Source: Candidatus Latescibacterota bacterium (GTDB taxonomy: Bacteria > Latescibacterota > UBA2968 > UBA8231). From it: DNA of 64,000 nt. The stretch lies in NCBI GenBank assembly GCA_965248265.1, contig CBDFJF010000002.1, forward strand, positions 2,688,001 through 2,752,000. Direction: 5' to 3'. Below, one piece after another: positions 19,874 to 30,828 of this stretch. The position numbers and the translations under genes are program-made. Within the stretch, counting starts at the first letter, position 1; each line of letters opens with the position of its first letter. The notes beneath the pieces are model-generated. The model ran no database searches and was not told where the DNA came from. It saw only the letters and a program-made list of their open reading frames with translations.

Positions 19874-20413
19874 TCAGGCTTCGAGGGCGGCGCCGCGCCC
19901 ATGGCGCACGACCTTCGTGGCCAGTGAAAGCGCTGCGGTCACGGGGGTAGGGAGCTTCTCACCCGTGCTTGGGCCGTACAGCAGCCTGCCGTTCAGCGTG
20001 TCCCCAGCCCCGATGGAGCTGGATTGCGAAACCGCCTCAGTCGGCACAGTGCCGGACTCATTGCTGGCCGCGGCATAGAGAGCACCTTGGGCACCGCGCT
20101 CGATCACGACGCAATCGGGTCCGGCCGCGAGGACAGCTCCTGCCAGTGCTTCGCCGCATTCGTCAGGCAACCACTGGGCGAGCTCCTCTTCGGTGGCAAC
20201 CAGGCCGTAGAGGTGCGTCAAAAGGGCCACCATGCGCTCCCGCGGAACTCTCCCCGCGAACCACGGGCTGGGATCGAAGACGATCCGCGTGCCCTCACCG
20301 TGGGCCGCGGCAAACAGCTCTTCGAGCTCGCCGAAATCCTCGACGAATAGGGAGTACGTGGGCTCCCTGAGCGCCAGCTCTCCGCGCAGAGTACCTTCAA
20401 ACCTCGCGAACAC
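19874..20413 (-). pseudogene. PfkB-family carbohydrate kinase fragment
   Basis: FDP, ERGAQGA, SIGAGD motifs; N-terminus degraded. Confidence 0.7.
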
Positions 20414-20576
20414 CGGGCGCCTTATTAATCCTCAAGCGGCTTGCGACCGCCTCTGGCTCATCCTGAGAGATCGCGGCTGCGGCAGTTCATGGGCATCGCG
20501 TCGCGCGACATAGGGTAACCCGTCTCGCAGATCAAGGGAACAGCCATGCAGCAGAACGACCAGCACCTCGAGCTTT

Positions 20577-20967
20577 GAGTATAGGATAAATGAGTGGCGT
20601 TATGGTGAGTTTAGATCCTTGTGAGGTTTGGGGTCGAGTGGATCTTGGGATCTTTCTGAACGGCGGAATGGGGGTTTCAGGCCATCGACGGGCATGCCGA
20701 AGGAGAGGGATCCAGGGTTGAGCGTGGTTTTCCCTTTTTTGCGACCCGGATGATCAGTTGGGGCGCAGCAATCCAAGCGCGCTGCGATCAGGCGGCGTAT
20801 TCGAACTCAGACTGCTGATCGTGCCTTGCCGGAGCAATTGGCGGAGGCCTTGCCGGCAGGCCCACCCCCTCGAGGTATGACCGAATCGAGGCGGGGTCGG
20901 TCAGAGCAGCCACTATTTTCATCTGCCCCCCACACTCGGGGCATTCTGAAACGTCAATCGAAAACAC
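20577..20967 (-). mobile_element. IS91-like 3' fragment with terminus (copy N)
   Basis: VFSIDVSECPECGG..EFEYAA*, ending ATTTATCCTATACTC. Confidence 0.9.
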
Positions 20968-21073
20968 GGCCAAAGTACCCATCCCGTCCATCACAAAAGC
21001 TCAGATTTTCATTCGACACCAAGACGCGGGCGATCTTGACTACCCATAACGGCCCCTTATTTATCCTATACTC
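20968..21073 (+). mobile_element. short oriIS-like element (copy M), back-to-back with copy N
   Basis: First 45 bp match 21416-21460; ends ATTTATCCTATACTC like copy N. Confidence 0.8.
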
Positions 21074-21390
21074 GCCCTCCCCCCCCTGCCCGTGTCTGAA
21101 ATGTGGTTGTACCGGATCACATGCCCGGACCGGGCGACACGGCCGTCGACCTGTCTTTCAGGCACGTCCATCCAGCAGTTGATCGCCCCCAGGTCACGGT
21201 TTTCCTGACACGTCCGACTCATTCGGTTGAATTCGAGGATATTGCGGCCGAACCCATTGGCCCCGAGATTGATACCGTGATGCGGCATGTCGTGAATCTC
21301 GTTGTGGGCCACGAGGTTCGCGTCCGACAGCCCCAGGAACACGCCGGCGCAGTAGTTGTTGATCCGGACGGGATGATGAATGGGGCCGGA
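21074..21390 (-). pseudogene. right-handed beta-helix (pectin-lyase-like) protein, internal fragment
   Basis: NLVAHNEIHDMPHHGI, ILEFN, DLGAI, IRYNHISD. Confidence 0.75.
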
Positions 21391-21415
21391 ATCCACCCTC
21401 GCCCAGCTCCCGCAA

Positions 21416-21641
21416 GGCCAAAGTACCCATCCCGTCCATCACAAAAGCTCAGATTTTCATCGGCACCACCCATGGCATTGCGGATCAAGCCGGTCCCAAG
21501 GCCGAATCGACGGTCCCATCGCACCCCACCCGACCCACGGCCGGCACCCAAGCGCCCTGGCGACAGCAAGCACCACCATCGAATCCAAAAAAAAACCCAC
21601 TTGACCGACTCCCGATAACACCGTTTATCCTCCCTATGCAT
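21416..21641 (+). mobile_element. oriIS-like mini-element (copy I)
   Basis: Inverted copy of 40428-40637; ends CCGTTTATCCTCCCTATGCAT. Confidence 0.85.
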
Positions 21642-22095
21642 CCAGCTTGAGTTCGGCCAGTTCCCGGCCCATCGGTTGCCACCATGCCTTCGAATTGAAA
21701 AAGTTGTCCTGACAGCCATTGTAGTGGCGTGTCAGCATCAGAATGAACATCATGGCGCATTCTGCCAGCGAGATGCCGCTGGTAACACCCGGACAATTAC
21801 ATGTGGGAATACCCTTGGCCTTCAGAGCCGCCAACGGAGCATCCTCGAAACCCGTCTTGGCAACCTGCCAGAGTTTCAGATCCACGGCGGCCTCGACCAT
21901 CTGCTCAGTGTTCTCTATCAAGCCGTCATCGATCACCGCGTCCATCCCTTTGATTTGGGCCACACCGGGCTGTGACGGATCAAAGAACCGGAGATCATGA
22001 CGATGATGTAACGCCTTCTCAAGGTACGGGCCCAAAGGGTAATACTGGTCTTCGTTGTTCCGGTCGGCCAAATAGAGAACGTTCATAGATGCCAC
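21642..22095 (-). pseudogene. D-2-hydroxyacid dehydrogenase, 5' half (duplicate of 41305-41758)
   Basis: Identical protein up to ELAELKL, then cut by copy I. Confidence 0.92.
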
Positions 22096-22762
22096 TCAGT
22101 GCTTATTTGGGGGTTTTTTGTTGCGACTGCCGGTCGGGTTGCCAACCACACGACCCGATTTTCGGCCAATGGCGGCGATGGTGAGAATGATCGGCGGCGA
22201 GACGAAGGTCAATACCGACCCACTACTTCGATAAGCAATCCGCATTATTGTTCTGGAATCGAGAACTATCGACCCAAGCCGAGGAAATTCGGAGCGAACG
22301 AAGAAACCCGACTCGACAGAGGAGAGAGAGCATGACCGATCGCAAGCTGCGCATACTGACAGTGTCTGCCCACCCCCACGATTTCACCTGGTTTTCCGGG
22401 ACGCTCGGAAAACACGTCGAACGGGGGGACGAAGCCACGGTATGCGTGGTGACCCACGGAGGCAGCACCCATCGAGAGGAATGGATGGAGGAGTTGCGCA
22501 AACCGGTGTCGGAGCGAGATGCGTCAGTCGTCAATGCTTCGGCCGAAAGATACATCCAGCAGAAAGAGGATGAACTGCGCAACGCGGCCGCCATCTTCGA
22601 CGTCACTGACATCCGCATGCTGAACTTCCCGGACAAGCCGTTTCTCATCTCAGAGCATCCAGAGGTTATCGATCGCATAGCGGAACTCATCCTCGAGGTG
22701 AGACCGCACGTCATGCTCACGGAAAGCCCGTTCACCGACTGCGGCCGGCCTATGGTGCACCG
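21642..22762. repeat. 1121-bp segment duplicated in inverted orientation at 40638-41758
   Basis: Identical ORF translations in both places; boundaries read from the sequence. Confidence 0.92.
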
Positions 22763-23201
22763 CTCGGACCATACTGAAGTGGGCATTGCCGCTGCCGAGG
22801 CAAAATTGCGCGCCGAACTGCCCCGCCCGGGTTCGACGGCGCAGCCTCATCAGGTGGCCATGACCTTCTGGCCTGGCCTGGTCTTTGACCTGAGCCAGCT
22901 GGACCTGGTGGTGGAGTTGTCTGATGAATGGTTTGAGAAGCGGGTCCAGGCGGAGGCCTGTTTTGAGACCCAGGGACATGACGAACGATGGGCCCGCCAT
23001 CGGATGCTTCTGGAACTGGGCGTCATGGGCAACCATGCGCGCACAGCCTACGGCGAGGGATTCGTGCGCGAGAAACTGGAATTGAACAGTCATCTCCCGG
23101 TGCCCGAGGTCATGATCCGACAGGCGGAAATAGGAGATACCCAGAACGCGCGACGGATGCTTCGGCTCGATCTCCCTGACCAAGGAGCGCCTCCATGTTG
23201 A
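22332..23201 (+). CDS. PIG-L/LmbE-family deacetylase
   Basis: SAHPHD, THG, HRSDH; GGAG RBS. Confidence 0.88.
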   Translation: MTDRKLRILTVSAHPHDFTWFSGTLGKHVERGDEATVCVVTHGGSTHREEWMEELRKPVSERDASVVNASAERYIQQKEDELRNAAAIFDVTDIRMLNFPDKPFLISEHPEVIDRIAELILEVRPHVMLTESPFTDCGRPMVHRSDHTEVGIAAAEAKLRAELPRPGSTAQPHQVAMTFWPGLVFDLSQLDLVVELSDEWFEKRVQAEACFETQGHDERWARHRMLLELGVMGNHARTAYGEGFVREKLELNSHLPVPEVMIRQAEIGDTQNARRMLRLDLPDQGAPPC

Positions 23202-24292
23202 GAATCGTAGACCGCGGCGTCATATCAAGTCGGCGAGGCCTTGGCGCCTACATGCCGACCATCGCCCCGTTGGCGGACGGCACCTGGGTCGCTGCCCAGC
23301 ACGTGGGTCAGAGCCTTGGCTCGTCTGATAACCACATCGAATTCCTGATTTCTCGCGATGGGGCGACCTGGGAAAATCGCGGCAGCATTCACGGAAGCGA
23401 AGGCGCCGATGAGCGTTATACCTACCGCGCACCCAAGATCGTCGCAGTACCGGATGGCCGCCTGCTCATCTCCGCCGACCGCTACCCGCAGAATACGGGC
23501 GCACTCTTCGACCTGGAGTCGGAGACGCTGTCGCGATCGGAAATGCTGTTGATCTGGTCGAATGACCGGGGAGAGACCTGGGCTGAACCCCAGATCGTGC
23601 CGGTCGACCTGCCGCCGGAGAGGTACAGCTGGAACGGCACCGGACCGGTATTACAGGTGAATCCAAACCGTTGGATCTACACTCTTGAGACCTGGAAACC
23701 GGAGGGGTACGAAGGTCCCCCCGATCAGAAATCGGCCGCCGTGTTCTCCGCCGACGGGGGGCAAACCTGGGGTGAGCTGACGGCGACGGCCGACGATCCA
23801 GAAAACAGGCTGATGTACTACGACCAGATGGGAGCAGTCCTGCCCGACGGTCGGGTCTGTATCCTTCTGTGGACCCATCTGGATGGCACCTCACAAGATC
23901 TGAACAACCACTGGGTCGTCTCATCCGACGAAGGCCGTGCCTGGTCTGCACCGAAACCCACCAACCTGCGCGGCCAGGTCTGCGCACCGATCGCCCTGTC
24001 AGATGGCCGGCTCGCGGCGGTATACAACTTTCGCCACGAGCCCCAAGGGGTACGTCTCGCGCTGAGTGAAGACCTGGAGCATTTCGACGTGGAGAACGAG
24101 GTGGTGGTTTTCGATGCCGGTGCCGAGGCGACCATGGGCCCGCCTGCCGCCGACAGCTTTCACGCCGAGCACATCCAGATCGCCTTCGGCAAACCTGGTG
24201 GCCTGCAGCTTCCCGACGGTGATCTGCTCACCTACTTCTGGTGCACGTCGGAAGGTGTGACTCACACGCGATGGGTACGCCTGCAACTGTAA
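23195..24292 (+). CDS. sialidase-like/BNR-repeat protein
   Basis: SRDGATW, SNDRGETW, SADGGQTW, SSDEGRAW. Confidence 0.85.
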   Translation: MLRIVDRGVISSRRGLGAYMPTIAPLADGTWVAAQHVGQSLGSSDNHIEFLISRDGATWENRGSIHGSEGADERYTYRAPKIVAVPDGRLLISADRYPQNTGALFDLESETLSRSEMLLIWSNDRGETWAEPQIVPVDLPPERYSWNGTGPVLQVNPNRWIYTLETWKPEGYEGPPDQKSAAVFSADGGQTWGELTATADDPENRLMYYDQMGAVLPDGRVCILLWTHLDGTSQDLNNHWVVSSDEGRAWSAPKPTNLRGQVCAPIALSDGRLAAVYNFRHEPQGVRLALSEDLEHFDVENEVVVFDAGAEATMGPPAADSFHAEHIQIAFGKPGGLQLPDGDLLTYFWCTSEGVTHTRWVRLQL

Positions 24293-26642
24293 AATCTCTC
24301 CTGACCAGAGTGATCCTCTGGCCTTGCTCCATCATCAGCTTGTGATGTTTACCTCCGTAGCTGACGCAACAATCAGTCCCAGTCCGACTGTGGATCGTTG
24401 CTGAAACCAGATCGCCACCCTTCCATTTCATGTCCACGACGATGCCACCGCGCGAGTGTACTCCCTTGATCTCGCCGTTTGGCCAGGCATCCGGCAGGGC
24501 GGGCAGCAGGATGACTTCGGCTGGGTCTGTTTCACTACCCGACCAACGCGACTGCACCAGCATCTCGGCGACCCCGGCAGCGCCGCCGAGATTTCCATCG
24601 ATCTGGAATGGCGGGCAGGCACAGAAGAGGTTGGCATAGGAGCCTGAACCTTCTCCGCTGTAGTTGATCCCCATCTCCTCGGAAGGATTCAACAGGTGTC
24701 GAAACAGCTTCTCCGCCCGGTTCCCATCGCGCAGCCGCGCCCAGAAGTTCATTTTCCAGGCCAGCGTCCAGCCACCCGCCGCATCGCCGCGGCGCTCCAG
24801 AGACTTCCGTGCGGCTTGCGCAAGCGCCGGCGTCGTGTCGACGGAGATCTCGTCGTAAGGATGCAGGCCATACAGGTGCGACAGATGACGATGGTGCGGT
24901 TCGGGTTCCTCATAGGGCTCCAGCCACTCCTGAAGCCGTCCGTCCGGGCCAATCTGGTTCGGCGCCAGGCGCTCGCGCTTCGCCGTCAGTTCCTGCCGGA
25001 AGACGTCGTCCACACCCAGAATCGTGGCCGCCTTGATGCAATTACCGAACAGTTCACGCAGCAGCTGCATATCGATGGTTGGGCCCATGCAGATGTGTGC
25101 GGGCATACCATCTTTTGTCAGGAATGCATTCTCGGGCGAGTTCGACGGTGCCGTCACCAGCCACTTGTGATCCGGCTCTTCGATCAGCATGTCCACATAG
25201 AACTGAGCAGAGCCTTTCATGATGGGATAGGCCCAGGCCAGATACTCTTTGTCACGGGTAAAGGCGTAGTGCTCCCAAAGGTGTTCACACAGCCAGGCCG
25301 AACCGCTGGTGGCTGCCCCCCAGCTAGCGTTTTCACCGGGCGCCGTAAAGCCCCAGGGGTTGGTAATGACATGGGCGATCCAGCCGCAGGCGTTGTAATA
25401 GGACTTCGCGGTTTGGCGGCCGGGCACCTGGAGCGACTCAATCAGCTTGAGCATCGGCATATGGCATTCGCTCAAACCAGCCAACTCCGCCGGCCAGTAG
25501 TTCATCTGCACATTGATATCCAGGTGCCAGTCACCGTTCCATGGGGTTTGAATGCTGTCCGCCCAGATGCCCTGCAGATTCGCCGGCAAGGTTCCGGGCC
25601 GCGATGACCCAATCAGCAGGTAACGGCCATAATTGAAATAGAGAGCAGCCATAGACGGGTCGGCTCCGCCTTCTTTGACCGCGGCCAGGCGCCGGTCCGT
25701 CGTTTGCATTGCGGACTTCGCACTTTCGGGCTCGTCATCGGCAATGACAAGTGCGGCGCGGTCGAACCAGGATCGATGTTCCCGGGTATGATCGGCCAGC
25801 ATCGCATCAAACGGTTTTGCAACTGCGGCGGCGATGACCTGTTGGGTCATCTCAACGGGGTCCTTCACTTTACGGTCACGCGGCACATTGCCGTCGTAGT
25901 CGGTCTCAGCGCTGAAAACGATAACCAGCTCATCGGCGCCCGTGACCTTGATCGTCGTGCCGCCTGCTTCAACTGGGCGGCCACCGTGCAACACGCGCAC
26001 ACGTGCCGCATACGAAACCCCATCGCCGCCCTTCCCGTCCGGGAGCGTGCCGGTCATCAGCAAATCGCCGTCGACTACGGAGGTCTCAGAGCGCTCGGGC
26101 CGGCCCATGCCGATCACCAGGGAAAGCTGCCCTGGTCTATCAGCCGTGCAGCGGATCACCCCAACCTGATCCGGCTCACTGACAAGATATTCACGGGTAA
26201 ACCGGACATCGTCCCGCTTGAACGAAACCGTGGCGACAGCTGTGGAGAGATCGAGCACCCGCCGGTAGTCGGCAACGGTGCCCAGATCACTATCCTCGAT
26301 GAGCAGATTTCCCAATGTCTGGAAACAGCCAAACGGCGCATTCGCGCCGCGCCCGCCGCTCGATCCCGGTGGCAAGCAGGTGAACGTCTGGTTGACCAGC
26401 GCCTCCGCTTCCGGGTTATTGCCTGCCAGCAGCAGCTCGCGGATCCTTGGCAGGTTCCCATGCGCTCCGGGCCGGTCGTCCTCCTTCTGCGAGCCGGACC
26501 ACATGGACTCCTCGTTGAGCACGATCCGTTCATCACGGATCCCGCCCAGCACCGTCATCCCCAGCCGCCCGTTCCCGAGCGGCAGTCCCTGGCAAAATTC
26601 CGTCCCTGGCGTGTCGTACCATAATGTTGTTGAATGATTCAT
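24228..26642 (-). CDS. GH95 alpha-L-fucosidase-like protein
   Basis: LPLGNGRLG, YGRYLLI.SSRPG..PANLQGIW, NVQMNYW, SPEN, HRHLSHLYGLHP, PFQIDGN. Confidence 0.95.
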   Translation of the reverse strand: MNHSTTLWYDTPGTEFCQGLPLGNGRLGMTVLGGIRDERIVLNEESMWSGSQKEDDRPGAHGNLPRIRELLLAGNNPEAEALVNQTFTCLPPGSSGGRGANAPFGCFQTLGNLLIEDSDLGTVADYRRVLDLSTAVATVSFKRDDVRFTREYLVSEPDQVGVIRCTADRPGQLSLVIGMGRPERSETSVVDGDLLMTGTLPDGKGGDGVSYAARVRVLHGGRPVEAGGTTIKVTGADELVIVFSAETDYDGNVPRDRKVKDPVEMTQQVIAAAVAKPFDAMLADHTREHRSWFDRAALVIADDEPESAKSAMQTTDRRLAAVKEGGADPSMAALYFNYGRYLLIGSSRPGTLPANLQGIWADSIQTPWNGDWHLDINVQMNYWPAELAGLSECHMPMLKLIESLQVPGRQTAKSYYNACGWIAHVITNPWGFTAPGENASWGAATSGSAWLCEHLWEHYAFTRDKEYLAWAYPIMKGSAQFYVDMLIEEPDHKWLVTAPSNSPENAFLTKDGMPAHICMGPTIDMQLLRELFGNCIKAATILGVDDVFRQELTAKRERLAPNQIGPDGRLQEWLEPYEEPEPHHRHLSHLYGLHPYDEISVDTTPALAQAARKSLERRGDAAGGWTLAWKMNFWARLRDGNRAEKLFRHLLNPSEEMGINYSGEGSGSYANLFCACPPFQIDGNLGGAAGVAEMLVQSRWSGSETDPAEVILLPALPDAWPNGEIKGVHSRGGIVVDMKWKGGDLVSATIHSRTGTDCCVSYGGKHHKLMMEQGQRITLVRRDFTVAGVPIACESHLPTCTRSR

Positions 26643-26854
26643 CTCAACATCCTTTGTCTGAATAAGCCCGGATTCAAGCGGATCATTACATCACGCTCAA
26701 CGGATTCCCCTTGGCAAATCCCGCGCTCTCCCGCCAGCGGCAGGCAACCACTCCTTGACCATGCACGCGAACAGGCTTTAAATCTCCTCCGGGTTCCGCC
26801 TCCATGAGCCAATAGCGGCGGTCGCGGGTTCGCCTGCCTCGCCCTACGAACGGC

Positions 26855-29068
26855 TTGGACAGCGACTGGATGGGCTTTGGCATGGTCGTCCCTCCTCAAC
26901 AGTTCCGGAAACTCGTCGGTGCTTTCCCGCTTCTCGTCTCCGGCATCCTTTCGGCGTCCGCCGCGCTCGCAGCGCCGTGGGATTCCGAAGAGGCCGGGCA
27001 CAAGAAGATGGTGACACTCCTCGCCCAGGTGATGGCCAAAACGTCCGCGGACAACATATACGTTGGAGAGCGCCACGTGCCGGCGTTACGCCGACAGCTC
27101 GCTAGCCTGGGACCCGACGCAGAGACGCGCTGGTCGGTGCTGCGGACGCTGGCCACCGAGGAGTCGCGCCTCGGGAACATGGATGAGGCGATCAGGCTCT
27201 TCTCCGAGGCTCTCGAGCTGATCCGCGCCCGCGGTGACGCATCCAAGGCGCTCTACGTGAACATATACGAGCTCGCGATCACCTACATGCGCCTGGGCCA
27301 GAACCAGAACTGCATTGCCATGCACACGAGCGACAGCTGCCTCCTGCCGATCCGCGGGGAGGGCGTGTACGTCAAGCAAGAGAGTACCCGCAAGGCCATC
27401 GAGCTCTTCGAGGAATTTCTCGCACGGTACCCGAGCGCGCCCGCTGCTCGCTGGCTGCTCAACATCACCTATATGATGGTCGGGGGACACCCAGACGACG
27501 CCCCTGAGCGGTTTCTGATTCCACCCGAGACCTTTGCCTCGGATGAGCCCTTTCCGCGCTTCACGGACATCGCTCCCGAGCTCGGGCTGAACTCCTTCAA
27601 CCTCTCCGGGGGCAGCGTCGTCGACGACTTTGACCGCGACGGCTGGCTCGACATCATGACTTCGACCTCTGACCCCTTGGGGCAGATGCTCTACTTCCGA
27701 GGCCCCCCAGAGAAGCAGAAGTTCATCCCGCGCACCCGCGAGGCCGGCCTCGTGGGCTTGTTGGGCGGTCTCAACATGGTCCACACCGATTACAACAATG
27801 ATGGCTTCCCGGACATCCTGGTCCTGCGCGGGGCCTGGTTGGGCATTGCCGGCACCGTGCCCAACTCCCTCTTGAGGAACAACGGCGACGGCACGTTCAT
27901 CGACGTGACCTTCAGCGCCGGTTTGGCCGAGCCCAGCTATCCCACCCAGACGGCGTCGTGGGCCGACTACGACAACGACGGCGATCTGGACCTGTACGTA
28001 GGCAACGAGACCGGCCCGAATCTCGCCGCTCCGTGCCAGCTCTTCCGCAACGAGGGAGATGGAGCGTTCATCGACGTGGCCACAGAGGCGGGGGTGCTGA
28101 ACGGAGGCTACACCAAAGCCGTGCACTGGGGCGACTACGATGGGGATGGCTTCCCCGATATCTACGCCTCCAATCTGCACGCAGACAACCGGCTCTTTCA
28201 CAACAACGGCAACGGGACCTTTACGGATGTCGCCGAGAAGGCGGGCGTCACCGCACCCCACGACAGCTTCCCGGCTTGGTTCTGGGACTTCGACAACGAC
28301 GGCGCATTGGACATCTGGGTCTCGAGCTACGTGACTTCCATAGATATGCTCGCCGCCAGCTACCTCGGGTTGGAGCATGGCGCGGAGCTGGCGTGCCTTT
28401 ACCGCGGCGATGGCAAGGGCGGTTTCCAGAACGTCGCGGCGGAGCAGGGCTTGACCTTGATGACGCAGCCGATGGGTGCCAACTTCGGCGACTTGGACAA
28501 CGACGGCTACCCGGACTTCTTCCAGGGCACGGGCTATCCGGGGTACGAGGCGATGATGCCGAACGTGATGTACCGGAACCGGGGCGGGACAGGCTTTGCG
28601 GACGTGACGGCGGCAGGCGGGTTCGGCAACCTGCACAAGGGCCATGGAGTGAGCTTTGCAGACATCGACTACGACGGGGACCAGGACGTCCATATCCAGC
28701 TGGGGGGCGCCTTCACCGGCGACAGGTACATGAACGCGCTGTACGAGAATCCGGGCTTCGGCAACCACTGGATCAAGGTGTGGCTCGTGGGCGTGGAGTC
28801 GAACCGGCCCGGAATCGGAGCGCGCATCCGTTGCGACATCCGGGAGGGCGAGGAACACCGCTCGGTGTACAAGCACGTGAACAGCGGTGGGACCTTCGGG
28901 GCGAATCCGTTCATGCAGATGATCGGGCTGGGAAAGGCGACGCAGGTGGAAGTGCTGGAAGTGTACTGGCCGACGAGCGATCAGCTGCAGACCTTCCACG
29001 ACGTGGCGGTAGACCAGTCGATCCGCATCACGGAGGGTCAGGACACCTTCGAGCGCCTGCCGCGGTGA
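26855..29068 (+). CDS. CRTAC1-like FG-GAP repeat / ASPIC-UnbV protein with helical N-terminus
   Basis: Multiple DxDxDGxxD repeats; C-terminal GLG..EVYWP. Confidence 0.9.
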   Translation: MDSDWMGFGMVVPPQQFRKLVGAFPLLVSGILSASAALAAPWDSEEAGHKKMVTLLAQVMAKTSADNIYVGERHVPALRRQLASLGPDAETRWSVLRTLATEESRLGNMDEAIRLFSEALELIRARGDASKALYVNIYELAITYMRLGQNQNCIAMHTSDSCLLPIRGEGVYVKQESTRKAIELFEEFLARYPSAPAARWLLNITYMMVGGHPDDAPERFLIPPETFASDEPFPRFTDIAPELGLNSFNLSGGSVVDDFDRDGWLDIMTSTSDPLGQMLYFRGPPEKQKFIPRTREAGLVGLLGGLNMVHTDYNNDGFPDILVLRGAWLGIAGTVPNSLLRNNGDGTFIDVTFSAGLAEPSYPTQTASWADYDNDGDLDLYVGNETGPNLAAPCQLFRNEGDGAFIDVATEAGVLNGGYTKAVHWGDYDGDGFPDIYASNLHADNRLFHNNGNGTFTDVAEKAGVTAPHDSFPAWFWDFDNDGALDIWVSSYVTSIDMLAASYLGLEHGAELACLYRGDGKGGFQNVAAEQGLTLMTQPMGANFGDLDNDGYPDFFQGTGYPGYEAMMPNVMYRNRGGTGFADVTAAGGFGNLHKGHGVSFADIDYDGDQDVHIQLGGAFTGDRYMNALYENPGFGNHWIKVWLVGVESNRPGIGARIRCDIREGEEHRSVYKHVNSGGTFGANPFMQMIGLGKATQVEVLEVYWPTSDQLQTFHDVAVDQSIRITEGQDTFERLPR

Positions 29069-29127
29069 GAAAAGCTGTTGCTACCTCCTTGAACAAGAAG
29101 CTGGGGGATTTCGTTTTCTCGAGTCTC

Positions 29128-30828
29128 ATGGGGTTCTTTCTCCTAATTGTACCCCCCCTTCTCATAATGTTGGGATGTGACGCCGTCGAAGAGCGCGAGA
29201 GTCGAATCGATTCCTCGAAACAGGTGAGGTTCACGGACGTGACCGATCAGGTAGGGTTAGATTTTCAACATGAGTCCGGAGCCGACGGCAGCTACTTTAT
29301 GCCGGAGTCCGTTGGCTCTGGTGCTGCCTTGCTCGACTATGACAACGACGGCGACCTGGACATCTACCTGGTGAACGGCGCCCATCACGGCACCAAAGGT
29401 GGCAGCACGGTTTCTCCCAGAAATCGTCTTTACCGTCAGGAGGACGAGGGAACGTTTGAGGATGTGACCGGCGATGCGGGACTCGGCGACACCGGCTACG
29501 GCATGGGCGTCGCGGTCGGGGACCTGGACAATGACGGCGACCTCGACATGTACCTTTCCAATTACGGGAGAGACCAGTTGTACCAAAACAACGGAGACGG
29601 AGCGTTCGCGAATATCTCCGAGCAAGCCGGAATCAGCAATCCCGATTGGGGCTGCTCCGTGCTCTTTCTCGACTACAACCTGGACACCCACCTCGACATC
29701 TTCGTGACCAACTACGTGGCATGGGATCCTGCCAGTGTGTGCCCGGACCGCTCCGGCCGCCAGGACTACTGCAGCCCGGAGGGTTTTCCAGGGGTTCCTG
29801 ACTTGCTCTTCCATAATAATGGCGACGGCACTTTCACGGATGTTTCCGGCGAATCCGGGATCACGGCCGCCGCTTCGAAAGGCTTGGGCGTGGTCAGCGG
29901 TGATTTCAACAATGATCAGCATCCGGATCTCTACGTGGCCAACGACGGAGAGGCCAACAACCTTTGGTTGAACCAAGGAAACGGCACGTTTCAGGATCAC
30001 GGCATTTCACTGGGGGTGGCGCTGAACGACGTGGGACGTGCCGAAGCAGGCATGGGCGTTGCGATTGGCGATGTCGACAACGATGAAAACCTCGATCTCT
30101 TTGTAGCACACCTGCGCAAGGAAAGCAATACTCTGTACCGCTACGCCGGCGATTTCGGTTTTCAGGACGAGTCCTCCCCTTCCGGATTGGGAGCCGCAAG
30201 CCTGCCCTACACAGGATTCGGGGCCGGGTTCCTCGACTTTGACCACGATGGTGATCTCGACCTTGCGGTAGCAAACGGCCGGGTAAGCCGCGGGCCGCTG
30301 TTAACCGGTAAGGGAACGTCGAGTTACTGGGATCACTATGCCGAACCGAATTTTCTGTTTGAGAACGACGGTGTCGGTCGCTTCCAATCGGTCGGCGAAC
30401 AAACGACGGATTTCTGTCGTTCGATCGAAAACAGTCGAGGCTTGGCGTTCGGAGACATCGACAACGACGGCGACGTCGATCTGCTGGTCAACAACACGGG
30501 TAGTCGTGCGCGACTTTTTCGTAACGACTCGCGGCCTGCCGGGAGGTGGCTCAACGTCCGCGCTGTCGATCCAGACCTGAACCGCGACGCACTGGGCGCT
30601 CGAGTGACCATTGTTCTCAGCGCCCGCCGAATCAGTCGCCTGATTGCCCCCGCCTACAGTTTTCTCTCAAGCAATGACGCGAGAGCGCATTTCGGATTGG
30701 GCGCGGCCAACCAGGTAGACGAAATTCATGTCGAATGGCCGGGTGGCGTAGTGGAGACTTTTCCAGGCGTCCAGGCGGACCAGTTTGTTACGCTCAGGAA
30801 GGGACAATCCCCACAGGGAAATGAATAA
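29128..30828 (+). CDS. CRTAC1-like FG-GAP repeat / ASPIC-UnbV protein
   Basis: DYDNDGDLD repeats, SRGLAFGD, HFGLG..EWP. The ORF-track start at 27958 overlaps the upstream gene and is rejected. Confidence 0.9.
   Translation: MGFFLLIVPPLLIMLGCDAVEERESRIDSSKQVRFTDVTDQVGLDFQHESGADGSYFMPESVGSGAALLDYDNDGDLDIYLVNGAHHGTKGGSTVSPRNRLYRQEDEGTFEDVTGDAGLGDTGYGMGVAVGDLDNDGDLDMYLSNYGRDQLYQNNGDGAFANISEQAGISNPDWGCSVLFLDYNLDTHLDIFVTNYVAWDPASVCPDRSGRQDYCSPEGFPGVPDLLFHNNGDGTFTDVSGESGITAAASKGLGVVSGDFNNDQHPDLYVANDGEANNLWLNQGNGTFQDHGISLGVALNDVGRAEAGMGVAIGDVDNDENLDLFVAHLRKESNTLYRYAGDFGFQDESSPSGLGAASLPYTGFGAGFLDFDHDGDLDLAVANGRVSRGPLLTGKGTSSYWDHYAEPNFLFENDGVGRFQSVGEQTTDFCRSIENSRGLAFGDIDNDGDVDLLVNNTGSRARLFRNDSRPAGRWLNVRAVDPDLNRDALGARVTIVLSARRISRLIAPAYSFLSSNDARAHFGLGAANQVDEIHVEWPGGVVETFPGVQADQFVTLRKGQSPQGNE

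Noticed and set aside
3315-21641. CRISPR array or integron attC cassette array as an explanation of the repeats
   Set aside because: Repeats are 24-540 bp, variable and transposase-derived; spacers are gene-sized and cut mid-gene. I saw no cas or intI gene and no attC-type structure.
27958-29127. N-terminal 390 aa of the 956-aa ORF
   Set aside because: Arg-rich off-frame overlap with the upstream ASPIC/UnbV gene; the real start is near 29128.
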